From a virus (Duplodnaviria > Heunggongvirae > Uroviricota > Caudoviricetes), in the IMG/VR virus record IMGVR_UViG_3300028840_001821: a stretch of 64,000 bases of DNA, one strand, 5' to 3'. The position numbers and the translations under genes are program-made. The notes beneath the pieces were generated by a model. It saw nothing but the letters and a program-made list of their open reading frames with translations. It searched no databases and was not told the origin of the DNA. Below are positions 16,895-24,888 of this stretch, one piece after another. Within the stretch, counting starts at the first letter, position 1, and every line of letters starts with the position of its first letter.

Positions 16895-16914
16895 ATAGTT
16901 GAACGGAGAGAAAC

Positions 16915-17292
16915 ATGTATATCAGATTCGAGATGAGCGGTCACGAACGGAACTACGGTATTTTTACCGGCTGGCGTGACGCTCTCGGTGTAAATTGGGA
17001 TGATGAGACTTATATCGAAATAGATGAGCTTATGGCGAAAGCTGGTAGGATACTGCCGGTCGCCCATATTCCCATGAACGGAGGTAGGTGCTGGTTTAAG
17101 GATACGCCCCAAACCAAGCAGGTTATCGAGCTTCTTCGTGACGCCGCCGACCTTATGCTGGACGTATACGACGTTTCTGTTTCTGAGATACATACAGAGG
17201 ACCTTGAGGTCGTTTGGGAAGATGAATTTCAGGTGGTGGTTCCCGAAGAAAATATGAGTTTTCCCTTGCGTAGCGCCGTTCCCGTGCTATAA
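16915..17292 (+). CDS. hypothetical protein
   Basis: 125 aa. Its 3' end carries the next promoter. Confidence 0.5.
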   Translation: MYIRFEMSGHERNYGIFTGWRDALGVNWDDETYIEIDELMAKAGRILPVAHIPMNGGRCWFKDTPQTKQVIELLRDAADLMLDVYDVSVSEIHTEDLEVVWEDEFQVVVPEENMSFPLRSAVPVL

Positions 17293-17293
17293 T
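17266..17293 (+). promoter_or_regulatory. promoter (TTGCGT-N16-TATAAT)
   Basis: Lies inside the end of the upstream gene, followed by the leader agaagtgaaagcaaaggagaacggaaacATG. Confidence 0.45.
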
Positions 17294-17321
17294 AGAAGTG
17301 AAAGCAAAGGAGAACGGAAAC

Positions 17322-17615
17322 ATGAGCTGGACAAAAGAATACTTCGATAGCCTTCCCCACCCGAAAACGATGAGCCTAACGGATCTTTTCGGGGAGATCG
17401 AGGGAGCGGGCGACAGCATCGCCGAAATCGAGGGTGAAATCGCCGCCTTCGGCGACAGCGCCCCGGGCACATACTGGATGCTGGCACGCTATCGCTGGGT
17501 GATCGGCGAGATTCGCCGCCGCGAGGACGTGGAACGCCAGCGCCAGCGCCAGCGCGACGAAGCGCGGGCACTATTCCGCCCGGCAGCGGACGGGCTGGAA
17601 GACGTCCCATTTTGA
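17322..17615 (+). CDS. hypothetical protein
   Basis: 97 aa with a C-terminal RQRQRQRD repeat. Confidence 0.5.
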   Translation: MSWTKEYFDSLPHPKTMSLTDLFGEIEGAGDSIAEIEGEIAAFGDSAPGTYWMLARYRWVIGEIRRREDVERQRQRQRDEARALFRPAADGLEDVPF

Positions 17616-17762
17616 AACACGCATGATTTCCTCCGGAGCGACCACCGGGTCCAGGTGAAGCGTCAGACTTACCGATCTAAACGTCGGTAAGGAGTCAGCC
17701 CTGCTCGGTGGTCTCTTTTTGATTCGCCTCGAACGTTCCGACCCGAACGTCGTTTGTAAACT

Positions 17763-17920
17763 ACAAATCTCTGCCGGATTGCAAGGCAGGGATTTTTACC
17801 TATAGAACAAAAGAGGATCAGATCTGAACATCGTTTTCTCATATCGAGACCCAACGAAATATCGGTGCGACGTTCCGATCTGAACGTCGGAAGCACAACG
17901 CGTCTCATTCTGAGACCAGC
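17763..17920 (+). repeat. composite intergenic repeat unit (copy d)
   Basis: caaatctctgccggattgcaaggcagggatttttacctataga..gatctgaacatcgttttctcatatcgagac..cgttccgatctgaacgtcgg..gtctcattctgagac. Confidence 0.55.
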
Positions 17921-17952
17921 AAATAGTGTGCCATAGAAAATAAAAAAAAAGC

Positions 17953-17980
17953 TTGACTGTGATCCCGTGCATGGTAGAAT
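17953..17980 (+). promoter_or_regulatory. sigma70 promoter (TTGACT-N16-TAGAAT)
   Basis: Followed by gagggtagaaacggagggacgaaATG. Confidence 0.5.
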
Positions 17981-18003
17981 GAGGGTAGAAACGGAGGGAC
18001 GAA

Positions 18004-18387
18004 ATGAAAATCGCAATCAAAGGCAAGGGCAAAAACGAGAAAGTCGCTCGCCTGATCCGCAATGGTTTTCCGTGGTATCGTAAGCACGCCGTCCACGTGC
18101 GCATCGGCACCACGGTGGAGCTACAAGGAACGGCATGGTTTGAGGGAAGCCGCTCGGACTACTACTGGTTCAACACAATCACTGGCGAGTCTCGCTCGAT
18201 CGGCGTTTCGCGTAATCCGGCGCAATTCGGAGGTCCGACGGAAACGCCTACGGTCGAGACCGGCGGGCATCGTGCGGTAGTCGAGGGCGGTTTTTTCTGC
18301 GGCAAGGCGTCCACGCTCATGATCGTAATCAATCCCGACGATGTGGGCGCGATCGGCGACGCTTATCGGGAAGCCGTCGCAGTCTGA
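18004..18387 (+). CDS. hypothetical protein
   Basis: 127 aa. Confidence 0.5.
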   Translation: MKIAIKGKGKNEKVARLIRNGFPWYRKHAVHVRIGTTVELQGTAWFEGSRSDYYWFNTITGESRSIGVSRNPAQFGGPTETPTVETGGHRAVVEGGFFCGKASTLMIVINPDDVGAIGDAYREAVAV

Positions 18388-18501
18388 GACAAGTTCTTCG
18401 TTCTCCCAATACGAGACGACCGACCGAATCCGGAACTCGGTCGTCTCACTTTTAGACTGAGTAAAGGACGTTTAGATCCGAACGTTTTCTTTAGATTTCG
18501 C

Positions 18502-18529
18502 TGGACTATCGCGCACAATGAGCTATAAT
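18502..18529 (+). promoter_or_regulatory. promoter (TGGACT-N16-TATAAT)
   Basis: A duplicate of the 16222 block, followed by agaagtagaaaggaaacgaaacATG. Confidence 0.5.
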
Positions 18530-18551
18530 AGAAGTAGAAAGGAAACGAAAC

Positions 18552-18911
18552 ATGCGAATCAAAGAAGTAACGGATCAAGGCGGCACGATCTTCGAGGGCG
18601 AAGTCTATCCCTTCGCGTGCTACTGCGGCGAGGAATACCAGACCGCCGAGGCGGCTTGGAATTGCCGCAAGTGCCGCACGTATCTCGAACCTGAAACGTT
18701 CGCCAACCGAGAGGTCTATCATTTCACCGGCGATCGTGAGCCGACGCAAGCGGAGTTGATGGAACCGACCCCGGAGTCGCTGGCGTTCGAGGCGATGTTC
18801 GATGAGGACGGACTCAGCGACGTCGAGGCGGACGCCATGACTCTCAGGGATGCCGGGATGGGCACCGATGAGGATTACGGATACTTCGGCGACGATGGCG
18901 ACGACTGGTAA
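18552..18911 (+). CDS. zinc-ribbon protein
   Basis: CYCGEEY..CRKCRTY, 119 aa with an acidic C-terminus. Confidence 0.5.
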   Translation: MRIKEVTDQGGTIFEGEVYPFACYCGEEYQTAEAAWNCRKCRTYLEPETFANREVYHFTGDREPTQAELMEPTPESLAFEAMFDEDGLSDVEADAMTLRDAGMGTDEDYGYFGDDGDDW

Positions 18912-18918
18912 AGGAGGA

Positions 18919-18941
18919 ACGGACCGAAAGGTCCGTTTCTT
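18919..18941 (+). terminator. hairpin acggaccgaaaggtccgt plus UUCUU
   Basis: Perfect 7-bp stem followed by a U-rich tail after the stop codon. Confidence 0.5.
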
Positions 18942-18999
18942 ACGGCGTGCTTCGGACGTTCGGATCCGAACATCGGTAGTAGAAATCTAAGAAAAAGGA

Positions 19000-19027
19000 T
19001 TGACAATCGTGCGGAGCACGGTATACT
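19000..19027 (+). promoter_or_regulatory. sigma70 promoter (TTGACA-N16-TATACT)
   Basis: Followed by gtaaatagaaaggcggagaacaATG. Confidence 0.55.
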
Positions 19028-19049
19028 GTAAATAGAAAGGCGGAGAACA

Positions 19050-19253
19050 ATGGCAGAACCGACCGAGAAAAGCCCAGCAATCAACGATCTTCTTTCCAAG
19101 CTCGCCGGACGTGACCGGGTCGAGTCAATCAAAAGTGACGATTGCGTCGCCTGCGGTGAGCCCGCGACGGAGTTCAACGATGAGATCAGCGAGCGGGAGT
19201 TCAAGATCTCCGGACTCTGCCAGGATTGCCAAGACGACTTCTTCGGCACCTAA
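19050..19253 (+). CDS. small zinc-binding protein
   Basis: 67 aa, DDCVACGEP..CQDCQDD. Confidence 0.45.
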   Translation: MAEPTEKSPAINDLLSKLAGRDRVESIKSDDCVACGEPATEFNDEISEREFKISGLCQDCQDDFFGT

Positions 19254-19330
19254 CAGCCCGGCGTTACCACGTGGTAACGTCGCCGCTCGTGATAACGACG
19301 TTCAAGCCCGAACCTATTTAGAAGAATGCC

Positions 19331-19358
19331 TTGACAACGGTATTAACTATGATATAAT
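19331..19358 (+). promoter_or_regulatory. sigma70 consensus promoter (TTGACA-N16-TATAAT)
   Basis: Followed by gtaaatagaaaaggagaacaaacATG. Confidence 0.6.
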
Positions 19359-19381
19359 GTAAATAGAAAAGGAGAACAAAC

Positions 19382-19615
19382 ATGCCCCACTGGATCAAAA
19401 GACGCGAAGCCGAAAACAGGATCGACCTGGCAAAAGATTCCGCCTTCTATGGTGGTATCGCGGACCTGGTGGTCTATCTCCAGAGCGAAAAGTTCCATAC
19501 CGATACGACCGTCCAGGTGAGCGACGTTCTCAATCGGATACAAGCTGCCAAGGATCAAGCCGAAGAAGCGAAAGCCGAACAAGCCCGATACGAGACGGAT
19601 AGGGGTAATCTCTAA
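19382..19615 (+). CDS. hypothetical protein
   Basis: 77 aa. Confidence 0.45.
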   Translation: MPHWIKRREAENRIDLAKDSAFYGGIADLVVYLQSEKFHTDTTVQVSDVLNRIQAAKDQAEEAKAEQARYETDRGNL

Positions 19616-19620
19616 ATGAG

Positions 19621-19645
19621 ACGGGGCGCAAGCCCCGTTCTCTCA
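19621..19645 (+). terminator. hairpin acggggcgcaagccccgt plus ucucuc
   Basis: GC stem with a gcaa loop right after the stop codon. Confidence 0.4.
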
Positions 19646-19713
19646 CCGCCCGCGCCATACGTTCGGACCCGAACATCGGTAGCAGACCGGCAAAAAGAAA
19701 TTCTGAAAAAGAC

Positions 19714-19741
19714 TGGACTGAAACCGCCCGCGTGCTATAAT
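19714..19741 (+). promoter_or_regulatory. promoter (TGGACT-N16-TATAAT)
   Basis: Followed by acaagtagaaaggacggagaacaATG. Confidence 0.5.
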
Positions 19742-19764
19742 ACAAGTAGAAAGGACGGAGAACA

Positions 19765-20001
19765 ATGATCGAAAACAATCGCGCAACTGTCGCCAAGTGG
19801 ATCGATACCGATCGCTTCTCGTATCTGGTAGTGGATCACGCCGGAAACACGGACTTCGCTGAGGTCCCGATGGCGGACCCTCGGGTCGTTTGGGTGAACT
19901 CGGTAATCGCTTCTTCGCTCGCCCGCTTCTACAACCAGAACGGGAACGCCGCTGGCGGGCACTACATCGCCGTGGTCGAGATCCCCACCGTCACCGCCTA
20001 A
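19765..20001 (+). CDS. hypothetical protein
   Basis: 78 aa. Confidence 0.45.
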   Translation: MIENNRATVAKWIDTDRFSYLVVDHAGNTDFAEVPMADPRVVWVNSVIASSLARFYNQNGNAAGGHYIAVVEIPTVTA

Positions 20002-20022
20002 TCGAAAACCAAAATCACAAAT

Positions 20023-20041
20023 GCCCCGGAAAACCCGGGGC
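20023..20041 (+). terminator. hairpin gccccggaaaacccggggc
   Basis: Perfect 7-bp GC stem after the stop; no clear U-run. Confidence 0.35.
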
Positions 20042-20062
20042 ACAGAATCTCTCTTATATAGG

Positions 20063-20360
20063 TTCGGACCTAGCGATCTGAACATCTTTTTCTCATTCTG
20101 AGACGTCTCGTTTTGAGACGTGCGAAATCGCACGCCGAGAAATTCTTTCCGTTACCGCACGGTAACGTCTCGAAATGATAATCGGACGTTCGGATCGGAA
20201 CGTTGTGTCATTCTGAGAATACGCACGGCGCATTACGCACGGCGCGTATTCTCATTCTGAGCTTGCGACGTTCGGACCTGATTCTCTTTTTCTCTTTACG
20301 AGATTCTATCGATTGGCACGGGAATTGCTTTGTGTCTCATTCTGAGACAAAAGAAAATCC
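20063..20360 (+). repeat. cluster of GTCTCA/TGAGAC palindromes and GGAYCTGAACRTC units (copy e)
   Basis: ggttcggacctagcgatctgaacatctttttctcattctgagacgtctcgttttgagacg, followed by three more TCTCATTCTGAGA units and a hairpin gagaatacgc..gcgtattctc. Confidence 0.55.
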
Positions 20361-20431
20361 GGAATGGACTAAAGGAAAACCCGGAAACCGCCGATAAGTA
20401 AAGTAGGCAAGCAAAAGAAAGGAAAACGAAA

Positions 20432-20521
20432 ATGAGAATCTCGAAACTCGGAACGGTTTTCGCTCTCGGGTTCGCCCTGGGAATGGCGTTTTCCGCTCTC
20501 ATAGTGGGACTGGTAGGATGA
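20432..20521 (+). CDS. 29-aa hydrophobic micro-peptide
   Basis: Leader gcaaaagaaaggaaaacgaaaATG, MRISKLGTVFALGFALGMAFSALIVGLVG. Its stop overlaps the next ATG. Confidence 0.3.
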   Translation: MRISKLGTVFALGFALGMAFSALIVGLVG

Positions 20522-20703
20522 TAGTCCTTCTCAATCCGAGACTCGCCGAAACGTTGGATCTCGAAATGATCCGTCGGGAATTGCCCGGGGTTCAAATTGA
20601 GGTCCAGGAAGAACGCCGGGATCTCGAAACGAGACCGCCGGAAAAGGGAATCGACGAAACATGGCGGGAACGCGCTAAGTCGTTGGGCTATAACGTCTTA
20701 TGA
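20518..20703 (+). CDS. hypothetical protein
   Basis: 61 aa, ATGA-coupled to the upstream micro-ORF. Confidence 0.4.
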   Translation: MIVLLNPRLAETLDLEMIRRELPGVQIEVQEERRDLETRPPEKGIDETWRERAKSLGYNVL

Positions 20704-20729
20704 CGATTCGCGCGGAATCGGGAAATCAC

Positions 20730-20757
20730 TTGACCCGTTCCGACCCTATGGTAGAAT
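20730..20757 (+). promoter_or_regulatory. sigma70 promoter (TTGACC-N16-TAGAAT)
   Basis: Followed by gtaagtgaaaggggattcaaacATG. Confidence 0.5.
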
Positions 20758-20779
20758 GTAAGTGAAAGGGGATTCAAAC

Positions 20780-21031
20780 ATGAAAAAGCAAACGGTCGAA
20801 TCGGACGGAAAAGTTTACCACTTGACGCCCAAAAACGAGACTCGTCCCGTTTTGGGACCGACGGAAATTCCTTCCCACGGACGCCGATTCCGGGGCAGGA
20901 TCATTCTGAGAAACGCCGCCGGAGAAACCACGTGGGAAAATTCTCAGAATGAGGTTGGAATCCAGGGTTTCCGCCCCGTGAGAATCCGCTACAATGCGGA
21001 AACGGGAACGGCGGAAGTGGCGTCCTACTAA
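20780..21031 (+). CDS. hypothetical protein
   Basis: 83 aa. Confidence 0.45.
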   Translation: MKKQTVESDGKVYHLTPKNETRPVLGPTEIPSHGRRFRGRIILRNAAGETTWENSQNEVGIQGFRPVRIRYNAETGTAEVASY

Positions 21032-21068
21032 CGAGTTAGGCGGTTCCGGTCTTTTTCTCGGAATCGCC

Positions 21069-21096
21069 TTGCAATCCGCCCCTACTATGGTATTCT
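21069..21096 (+). promoter_or_regulatory. promoter (TTGCAA-N16-TATTCT)
   Basis: The -10 context atggtattcttagggtgaa matches the 7385 promoter (atggtattcttggggtgaa). Confidence 0.45.
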
Positions 21097-21145
21097 TAGG
21101 GTGAATAGGGGACACGAAAACAGCACAAACGAAAGGAAATCAGCT

Positions 21146-21511
21146 ATGTTCGGAAATGAGACTACCACCTACGCACTACGGATCACCAGCGCGGTTCTCA
21201 AACTGGGACTCGCCTACTCCCCGGAAATCGTTTCCGAAGCGGGCGTCCCGGAAGCATACGGGCAAAAAATTCTCACCAAGCTCTCCCGGGCGGGTATCAT
21301 TTTGAGCCGCAAGGGTCGCGGGCACGGATGCGGAATCCGTATCAATCCGGAACGGCTGGAAACGCCGCTCGCGGAAATCTTTTCCCTCTTCGCCCCGCCC
21401 CGTCTCGAAATGGAGAATGCCGGACCTGCGGGTCGGGTTCTGGACGGTCTCCTGAAGGGTCTCGAAACGAGAACCGCCAGTCTCAAAGTGAGAGATCTCC
21501 AGGACGGCTAA
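21146..21511 (+). CDS. Rrf2-family (winged-helix) transcriptional regulator
   Basis: TYALRITSAVLKLGLAY..EIVSEAGVPEAYGQKILTKLSRAGIILSRKGRGHGCGIRI matches the Rrf2/BadM HTH pattern (YALR..L..LA..IS...GI....L.KIL.KL.KAG.I.S.RG..GGY.L). Confidence 0.55.
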   Translation: MFGNETTTYALRITSAVLKLGLAYSPEIVSEAGVPEAYGQKILTKLSRAGIILSRKGRGHGCGIRINPERLETPLAEIFSLFAPPRLEMENAGPAGRVLDGLLKGLETRTASLKVRDLQDG

Positions 21512-21518
21512 CAGCGAA

Positions 21519-21550
21519 AGACCTTCCCACCCGGGAAGGTTTTTCTTTGT
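21519..21550 (+). terminator. rho-independent terminator
   Basis: The stem accttcccacccgggaaggt is followed by TTTTCTTTG. Confidence 0.6.
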
Positions 21551-21900
21551 GCCTGCCCGTCTCATATTGAGACGCCAGCATGTGCGCCGTTCGGGTCGAA
21601 ACGTCCGTTTCTCCTGAGACGCTCATAGCGCCGATCTGACGACGTTTGAATCGGAACGTGGACTATGTATCGGTTCGGGCTTGCGTGGATTGTAGGGGCG
21701 TTTCTGCCCGTCTCAGAGGGTGTCCACAAAATAGGACAGTAGGACGTTCGGACGTGAACATCGTATCACAATGAGACAACGATATATCGGTGTATCATAA
21801 TAAGATGAGCGTTATCGCACGTATCATATTGAGACGCGGGCTATCGTCTCAGGATGGGAATTTTTCAAATCTCAGGGTGAGACGCCCGTCTCAAAAGGGG
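21549..21900 (+). repeat. dense cluster of CGTCTCA / TGAGACG half-sites downstream of the Rrf2 gene
   Basis: At least eight copies of gtctca or tgagac(g) in 350 nt (ccgtctcatattgagacgcc, ctcctgagacgc, ccgtctcagagg, cacaatgagaca, catattgagacgcgggctatcgtctcagg, tctcagggtgagacgcccgtctcaaaagg). No convincing ORF spans it. Confidence 0.55.
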
Positions 21901-22380
21901 ACCGGGGGTTCTGTCGCAGGATTTATCAAATCTGGGCTAAACTCTTCATTTATGCTTGCCCAGCGCGGGCGACCAGAGGGAGGTTTTCTGCCTTACGAGC
22001 CGCGAAGCGGATTTCGGAAGATTTTGTTGAAGAAATTTGTTCAAAATGCCATAATAGTAGTGGAGACCAGTGCCTTTTTATCGTATAGTTCAGATACAGG
22101 AAGTAGTAAATGAAGTTGAGAGATTCTGCAACTCGACTTCCGTTTTTGAACTTTGACATTCGATGTGGGTGAGAAGAGAGAGCTTGGTGAATTGAACGGG
22201 AGCTGTGGTGTGAGCCAGCGCGAAGGCGAGACCACCTAGATGTATCCCGGGAACCCTCGACGGTGACTGAGACAGGGTCATGGCGCGAGGCAAATAGCCG
22301 TCTGTTTCGGCTCTCTCTTTCCGCCCACGGGCGTGTAGCTTTACCAGTCACCTTAAATCTTCTTCTTAGGGACCTTGACC

Positions 22381-22590
22381 ATGCGGTTTTGGGACAACGC
22401 ACTACCCCTACTGTGCTACGCAGCGGCTTTCGTATATTTTGTTACGCCGCCCGACAGTGCGCTCGGGGAGTGGATGCTGAGCAACATGACAGATGAGAAG
22501 CGGTTCTTATGCATCTCTGGCGTCTTTTTCATGGTCCTGGGCGTAATCATCAAGCAGGGCTACGATATTGAGGGTAAGAAAGACCGCTAG
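22381..22590 (+). CDS. small membrane protein
   Basis: 69 aa with two hydrophobic helices. Confidence 0.4.
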   Translation: MRFWDNALPLLCYAAAFVYFVTPPDSALGEWMLSNMTDEKRFLCISGVFFMVLGVIIKQGYDIEGKKDR

Positions 22591-22610
22591 CGCGGGACGA
22601 GAGAATCCTT

Positions 22611-23039
22611 ATGCCAGATAGACTACCTTTTGACTCGGGCTCGCCCGAGGAGCAGCCCGACGAGGACGCCGGGTCCCCTGACGGCGACGAGCCAGAAGCC
22701 ACCCCGGAGCAGAAAAGGCTCCACAAGACCGCGATGGAGATTGCCGCCGGTCTAGTCTTAGGTATTCGGGACGACAACAAGGCAGTGATGAGGCAGTTGG
22801 TGGATGTCGTGTTCTTCATGCTTTCCGTCTCCCATGCCTTTGGCGGACGATTCGTTGAGCACTCGGGAGCCGGAGATGAAGGTGAGCCGCAGATGCGCCT
22901 AATCGACGCGATGACGGAGGAGCCGATGGACTCGAACATGATCCTCCAGCGCATCAACATCATGATGCAGATGGTCCGCGAGGCGGCTGGCAAAGCCAGC
23001 GATGAACAGACGGATCAGTTGACCGAGGACGACCTTTAA
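22611..23039 (+). CDS. acidic hypothetical protein
   Basis: 142 aa. Confidence 0.45.
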   Translation: MPDRLPFDSGSPEEQPDEDAGSPDGDEPEATPEQKRLHKTAMEIAAGLVLGIRDDNKAVMRQLVDVVFFMLSVSHAFGGRFVEHSGAGDEGEPQMRLIDAMTEEPMDSNMILQRINIMMQMVREAAGKASDEQTDQLTEDDL

Positions 23040-23107
23040 CCCCGCTGGCGCGGGTGTATTCTGGCTGCTTTTACTTACGAGCCTCATTTGACCACTTTTG
23101 AAAGCCT

Positions 23108-23398
23108 TTGATCATGGATTTCTTTCACAACGCCTTTGAGCCGGATATGTTACCCCTCTGGTTTCTGTTTGCCTGGGTGATTATTCTTGCGGCACTATCT
23201 GTCGTTCTCGGGAAGAAGAACGAGGACAAGCGCCAGACGATAGAGGCTCTTAAAGACAGACTGGCAGAGGAGATAGAACACTCGGGTAATATCATCGAGG
23301 GCTTGCGCCGGTCTACCCGCGATCACAGTGATGACGCGGACAAATATGCCGCCCGCCTTGATGAGATTCGGGCGATCGTGAACCGGGATATGCCATGA
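23108..23398 (+). CDS. membrane-anchored protein
   Basis: N-terminal TM helix (LPLWFLFAWVIILAALSVVL) followed by a coiled region. Confidence 0.45.
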   Translation: MIMDFFHNAFEPDMLPLWFLFAWVIILAALSVVLGKKNEDKRQTIEALKDRLAEEIEHSGNIIEGLRRSTRDHSDDADKYAARLDEIRAIVNRDMP

Positions 23399-23431
23399 AC
23401 GGCGTTGGAGGGACAAAAGGGAGAAGCCGAG

Positions 23432-23641
23432 ATGCCCGAGAAAGCTACCTTCAAAATCCGCATGACGCCTGACCTGGAAGAAGCCTTCCAGCGGGCAGCG
23501 AACGACCGAGAGATTGCCCAAGAGATGCTGGATGCAGCCAAGAAAGCGCGTCGGGCAACAGGTATTTTCTTCATTTTCGGGGCGATCTTCGCTCTGTGGG
23601 GAGTTATATCAGTGGTGATCAACTCGGGAGCGATTCAATGA
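23432..23641 (+). CDS. C-terminally membrane-anchored protein
   Basis: RBS aaagggagaagccgagATG. C-terminal TM helix (GIFFIFGAIFALWGVISVV). Confidence 0.4.
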   Translation: MPEKATFKIRMTPDLEEAFQRAANDREIAQEMLDAAKKARRATGIFFIFGAIFALWGVISVVINSGAIQ

Positions 23642-24072
23642 GAATACCGCACCAGGAGCAGATTCGACCCGGCGACGCGGTTCAATTCCGCTACGATCAC
23701 GTGGGTCCCATCTTCTCTGGTACAGTTACGAGGGTAACTACCTTGTATAAGGTTGACCGCTGGAACCAACCCGAAGAGGGTGTCACGGTCATGACAATCG
23801 AGTCCGGTGACAGGGTGTATGACGACATTACCCTGGAAGAGATTGTTAACCACGACGGTAAGTGGCGCGATCTCGTTTGGGACGTACACGCTCTGGCAGG
23901 TACCATGAAGCCCGGCTTCAAGTACAATGGCTTCACGGTCAAGCGAGTGATCTTTAACGTAATCGCAGACCCGATGGTGCTGGATATGAAGTTTTACGCC
24001 GAGGGTTTCTGCTACGTAGAGACACCTGACGGACTGATCCAAAAACGCAGTTTTGATCAGGTAGGAGAATAA
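23638..24072 (+). CDS. hypothetical protein
   Basis: RBS actcgggagcgattcaATG, ATGA overlap with the upstream gene, 144 aa. Confidence 0.45.
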   Translation: MRIPHQEQIRPGDAVQFRYDHVGPIFSGTVTRVTTLYKVDRWNQPEEGVTVMTIESGDRVYDDITLEEIVNHDGKWRDLVWDVHALAGTMKPGFKYNGFTVKRVIFNVIADPMVLDMKFYAEGFCYVETPDGLIQKRSFDQVGE

Positions 24073-24096
24073 GAAATAATCGTGAGACAGCGATTG

Positions 24097-24168
24097 AGGG
24101 CGGTAGTATAACTGGTAATATACCCGACTCAGACTCGGGCGTTGCGGGTTCGAATCCCGTCCGTATCT
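24097..24168 (+). tRNA. tRNA-like element, acceptor stem unresolved (possible pseudo-tRNA; loop anticodon CAG)
   Basis: Good D arm (gtat..atat), perfect anticodon stem cccga/tcggg around loop cTCAGac, and a canonical T loop (gcggg-ttcgaat-cccgt). The 5' and 3' ends do not pair into an acceptor stem. Confidence 0.3.
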
Positions 24169-24232
24169 CGATATTCTGGTGGCATAACATGGTGGTACCG
24201 CCGGTTTTGTCTTTACTCACCCCGGGATAAAT

Positions 24233-24316
24233 AGCGGCGAAGCATTTGGTAATGCAGGGTGTCTCATAAGCACTCGCCGTAGGGCATTGTGGGTTTGATT
24301 CCCACCGCCGCTACCA
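24233..24316 (+). tRNA. class-II-like tRNA, apparent anticodon CAT, long variable arm, encoded CCA
   Basis: Acceptor agcggcg/cgccgct followed by A-CCA. The anticodon stem is ggtgt/gcact with G-U pairs around loop cuCAUaa. There is a 14-nt variable arm, and the T loop (tttgatt) is atypical. Confidence 0.4.
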
Positions 24317-24516
24317 AAACACCACCGTCGAGAGACGGAGGACCGCAGCGTGAAAGGTAGCACGAATTGATGGGCTTGTAGAGATAACCATTGGCTGGAC
24401 CAAACTACCTTGAGGTCCAGATCTCTCAAGCGGGCTGTCAAGATACTTATGCGCGGCTCTTGGCAGGATACGGTTAGGTGGGACCCCGTACTGCGGACGT
24501 TTTAAGGGAAACAGGA

Positions 24517-24888
24517 ATGACAGACAGTCAGTGGGTGGTTAGGGACCGCGACACCGAGCCCAAGGCATTCATGTGCTCCGGAGTGTTGCCCATTCCGCAG
24601 CACCACGCAGGCATGATGCTCCAGTGTACCAAGCAGGTCACGCTGACGGGCTTGGTTGACAAGAAAGAACGCGTGTATGCTGAGCCCGGCGATCTGTGTA
24701 TCGTCATCAGCATCAGCGACACGTACGGCTGGACCGGGTTTACGCCCAACTACAATTTGGACGTCATGTTCCTGAGCGGCGGCTCGATGTCGTTGAGCAG
24801 GCGTTGCGTCGAAGAGCAATTTCAGGTGTTAAAGGGTTTTCCAAGGAAGCTATCAGACATGAGAAAGTATAGGTATAAACCGGACTGA
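24517..24888 (+). CDS. hypothetical protein
   Basis: RBS aagggaaacaggaATG, 123 aa. Confidence 0.4.
   Translation: MTDSQWVVRDRDTEPKAFMCSGVLPIPQHHAGMMLQCTKQVTLTGLVDKKERVYAEPGDLCIVISISDTYGWTGFTPNYNLDVMFLSGGSMSLSRRCVEEQFQVLKGFPRKLSDMRKYRYKPD

Noticed and set aside
7000-21900. Possibility that the regularly recurring intergenic repeats form a CRISPR array
   Set aside because: The units differ in sequence and length and are separated by whole genes 0.3-2 kb long. There is no short constant direct repeat with uniform about 30-nt spacers.
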